Shown piece after piece: positions 32,051 through 34,263 of a stretch of DNA of 34,263 bases (position 1 is the stretch's first letter; each line of letters starts with the position of its first letter). The stretch is from NCBI GenBank assembly GCA_964570495.1, contig CAZMYN010000004.1:1-34263 (forward strand), written 5' to 3'. The translations under genes were made by a program, and so were the position numbers. The DNA is from an uncultured Acidimicrobiales bacterium (GTDB lineage: Bacteria; Actinomycetota; Acidimicrobiia; Acidimicrobiales; SHLQ01). The notes under the pieces were generated by a model. The model saw only the letters and a program-made list of their open reading frames with translations, was not told the origin of the DNA and did not search any database.

Positions 32051-34263
32051 ATGTCACGTTTTCGTTCGATCCTGCTGGCCTTCTTTGCGCTCGTGTCGTT
32101 GTTTGTTGTTGCGGCTCCGCCCGCGGTGGCTCAGGCAGATGCGTGCGATCTAACCGGCAACTTGGATTTGCTGAGCGACCCGGCGGGTCTGGCTGCAGCG
32201 ATTCAGTCCGCCGAGGAGGAGACCGGTGTCGACTTTGCGGTCTATGCGACCGACCAGATCGTCGGCGGCGACGGAAGTAATGACGTGCGGCTCGCCGGCC
32301 AAGTCCGTGCCGAGTGCCCAGGGATCTTCTCCAGCCCGGCAAATGTGGCCGACAACGTTGTCCTGCTCGCCGTGTCGACCGGTGACCGTCATACCGTCGT
32401 CGCCTATGGCGATGATCTCGATGAGCGGCTCGATGATGATGCAAACGACATCATTGGACGCATGAACACGTTCTTTGCGAACGGTGAGATCGGCGCTGGC
32501 CTGTCGAGCGGTGTCGGTGGAACGGTCGAAGGCCTGGGCACGACCCCGCCGAATTTCGCGGTCCCCGTCACCGGTGGAATCCTCGGAACCGCAGCGCTCG
32601 TGGGCGGCGGCGCATGGATTTACACGAAGAACCGGACCCGTTCGTCGCGTGGCGAGGTTGCCGCTGCGCGATTCGGCGAACACTCCGGTCGTGTCACCGA
32701 CGTGCAGGGACGCTGGTTCGATGCCGAACAGGAGGCGACGATTGCGGGCGGGCGAATCACCGGCAACGCAATGTCACGGCTCAACGAGGCACAGCTGAAA
32801 GCTGCCGAGGCGTCGCGCGCGCTCTACGAGGCGTGGTCGCCGGTGAGTGAAGTGACCGTCGAGGACGTTGCCAAGTACTCAATCGACGATCAAACCGAGG
32901 TCGAAGGGCACGTCAACAACGCGCTAGCGATCGTCGAAGCAGCCGAGGTTGAAGTGACCCACCTCGAGGAGATCATCGAAGAGCTCCGAGGAAAGCCGGA
33001 CGCGCTGGCGGCGCAGCACCGCGAGGCAACCGCGAAGGTCTCGTCTGGACTCGACGCTGCTGATGCCCGGGCGGCTGAGGGCTGGGAGGTCGAGTCGGGC
33101 AGGAAGCGCCTCGCCGAGCTTGCCGGGCAACTCGATTCGCTCGATCCGTTCGCCATGCGAATCGACGTCGATGCAATGGAGCAAGACCTGCGGCCTGTCG
33201 CCGAAGAGATTGCCTTGGTCGCCGGAAACCTCGAGTCGCTCGATGAACACCACCGCGAAACAATCGCACGTCGCTCGAACATCAATCCCGAGATCCAAGG
33301 CCAGCGCGGCCGTGCCATCCAGCTTCGCTCGATCATGTCGGGGTGGGCCAACGATCATGCGACCGACTCGTTCTCCTCGGTACTCCAGCATCCCGACGAG
33401 GCAGATCGTCAACTCGCCCGCGCCGAGCAGAGCGCCATGACCGCAGAGGGGCTCGGCGACATCCCGCGCGACCTCGCAGTAATGCGGCTCGTCAACGCCG
33501 AGCTCGACAAAGCGCAGACCTCGATCGACCTCGCCGACGAACTTCTCGACGAACTCGATGAGCTCGACGTTTTGCTCGCAGCTGCCAAAGAGGGAGCGCC
33601 CTCGGCGGTCGCGGCTTCGGCCGACGACGCCCGACTGCTCATCAACTATGTGAGTGAGCATCGCCACGACGTCCCATCTCGGGCTCCCGAGGTCGCCCGT
33701 CGAGTCGAGCAGCTTCAACAAGAGGCCGAGGGCTCGCTTCGTCAGGCACCGGCAGACTCACTTCGGGCAATGGAGCTAGCGGGCCAGGTCGAATCGATCG
33801 TCAATACCGAACTGGGCGAGTTCAAAGCCACCGTCGGTGAACGCGAGCGGGCCCGCAACGCCGCGTTGAGCGAGATTCGATCGGCAACCGTGGCGGTCGA
33901 CCGGGCTGACCGCCACACCCAAAGCCACATGTTCTCCTCACGACAAGCCCGACAAGCCCAAGCCGACATCGACCAGCTGCGCACCAAGTTGCGATCGGTG
34001 AACAGCCTTGTTGAGTCCGACCCCAAGGCAGCGTCGAGTGAAGCCCAACGCATCGAAGTGACTGCGGACGAGCTCTACCGCGAAGCGCAGCGACGCCAAC
34101 GCCACAACGGCCGCGGTGGATTCGGTGGAGGCTTCGGGGGCGGCATCATCATCGGCGGCGGTGGCTTTCGCGGACACGGCGGAGGACGCCGACACCGCGG
34201 CGGCGGCTGGGGCGGCGGAGGTGGCGGTGGTTTTGGCGGCGGCTTCGGTGGAGGAAGTTCCGG
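32051..34263 (+). CDS. TPM-domain (TLP18.3/Psb32/MOLO-1-like) membrane protein with long coiled-coil region and Gly-rich tail; 3' end lies outside the window
   Basis: I translated frame 2 from the ATG at 32051 codon by codon to about 32760 and by eye from there to the window end, and saw no stop. This agrees with the ORF track listing no plus-strand ORF in that frame after 32051. The signal peptide is MSRFRSILLAFFALVSLFVVAAPPAVAQA. The TPM pattern is LLSDPAGLAAAIQSAEEETGVDFAVYAT...VVLLAVSTGDRHTVVAYGDDLDERL...FFANGEIG. A TM helix (GGILGTAALVGGGAWIY) is followed by about 480 aa of Ala/Glu/Arg-rich helix and a GGGFGGGFGGG tail. It is missing from the ORF track because no stop lies in the window. 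Confidence 0.8.
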   Translation, partial: MSRFRSILLAFFALVSLFVVAAPPAVAQADACDLTGNLDLLSDPAGLAAAIQSAEEETGVDFAVYATDQIVGGDGSNDVRLAGQVRAECPGIFSSPANVADNVVLLAVSTGDRHTVVAYGDDLDERLDDDANDIIGRMNTFFANGEIGAGLSSGVGGTVEGLGTTPPNFAVPVTGGILGTAALVGGGAWIYTKNRTRSSRGEVAAARFGEHSGRVTDVQGRWFDAEQEATIAGGRITGNAMSRLNEAQLKAAEASRALYEAWSPVSEVTVEDVAKYSIDDQTEVEGHVNNALAIVEAAEVEVTHLEEIIEELRGKPDALAAQHREATAKVSSGLDAADARAAEGWEVESGRKRLAELAGQLDSLDPFAMRIDVDAMEQDLRPVAEEIALVAGNLESLDEHHRETIARRSNINPEIQGQRGRAIQLRSIMSGWANDHATDSFSSVLQHPDEADRQLARAEQSAMTAEGLGDIPRDLAVMRLVNAELDKAQTSIDLADELLDELDELDVLLAAAKEGAPSAVAASADDARLLINYVSEHRHDVPSRAPEVARRVEQLQQEAEGSLRQAPADSLRAMELAGQVESIVNTELGEFKATVGERERARNAALSEIRSATVAVDRADRHTQSHMFSSRQARQAQADIDQLRTKLRSVNSLVESDPKAASSEAQRIEVTADELYREAQRRQRHNGRGGFGGGFGGGIIIGGGGFRGHGGGRRHRGGGWGGGGGGGFGGGFGGGSS

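Noticed and set aside
1-34263. Defence islands, prophage or other mobile elements, and tRNA or rRNA genes
   Set aside because: I recognised no integrase, transposase, recombinase, nuclease/ATPase defence-type genes, terminal inverted repeats or tRNA-like cloverleaf sequences in any intergenic gap. Gene content is mostly core metabolism with conserved synteny.

Overview
This is a high-GC chromosomal segment, and gene order plus regulatory motifs look like Actinomycetota (possibly Acidimicrobiia-like; taxonomy is inference only). All calls rest on motif-level reading of the ORF track and the DNA. No homology search, HMM or RNA folding was run.

**Housekeeping backbone.** The first ~23 kb is densely packed and follows the classic actinobacterial synteny:
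- recA (3' fragment), then a small membrane ORF coupled to a PH-domain membrane protein
- miaB, a hypothetical ORF, miaA, dapF and hflX
- dapC and dapE, convergent with lexA
- a LexA-type SOS-box array with a divergent LysM (ChiZ-like) gene, and a RibD_C-type reductase
- nrdJ-tdk
- a secreted S8 protease with an RTX tail
- gltA, a carboxyltransferase, an in-line LysR and a mitochondrial-type aconitase

**Accessory-looking region (about 23.9-31.6 kb).** A TetR gene has two perfect palindromic operators. It faces a translationally coupled operon:
- a fatty-acyl-CoA-reductase/HAD-IB fusion
- a LarA (nickel-pincer, DUF2088)-like protein
- a PlsC-type acyltransferase

An OafA/SGNH acyltransferase follows tetR. 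I consider this lipid or envelope module the most interesting candidate system in the window.

**Edge ORFs missing from the track.** The recA 3' end and a TPM-domain/coiled-coil/Gly-rich protein both run off the window edges.

**Not found.** I saw no tRNA or rRNA genes, CRISPR arrays, transposases or integrases.

**Other points worth a second look:**
- three perfect palindromes behind recA, one sharing the CTACCAA half-site of the TetR operators 28.6 kb away
- a 21-bp tandem duplication spanning the dapE and lexA stop codons
- five SOS boxes, three of them in a 15-bp phase
- a long structured nrdJ leader
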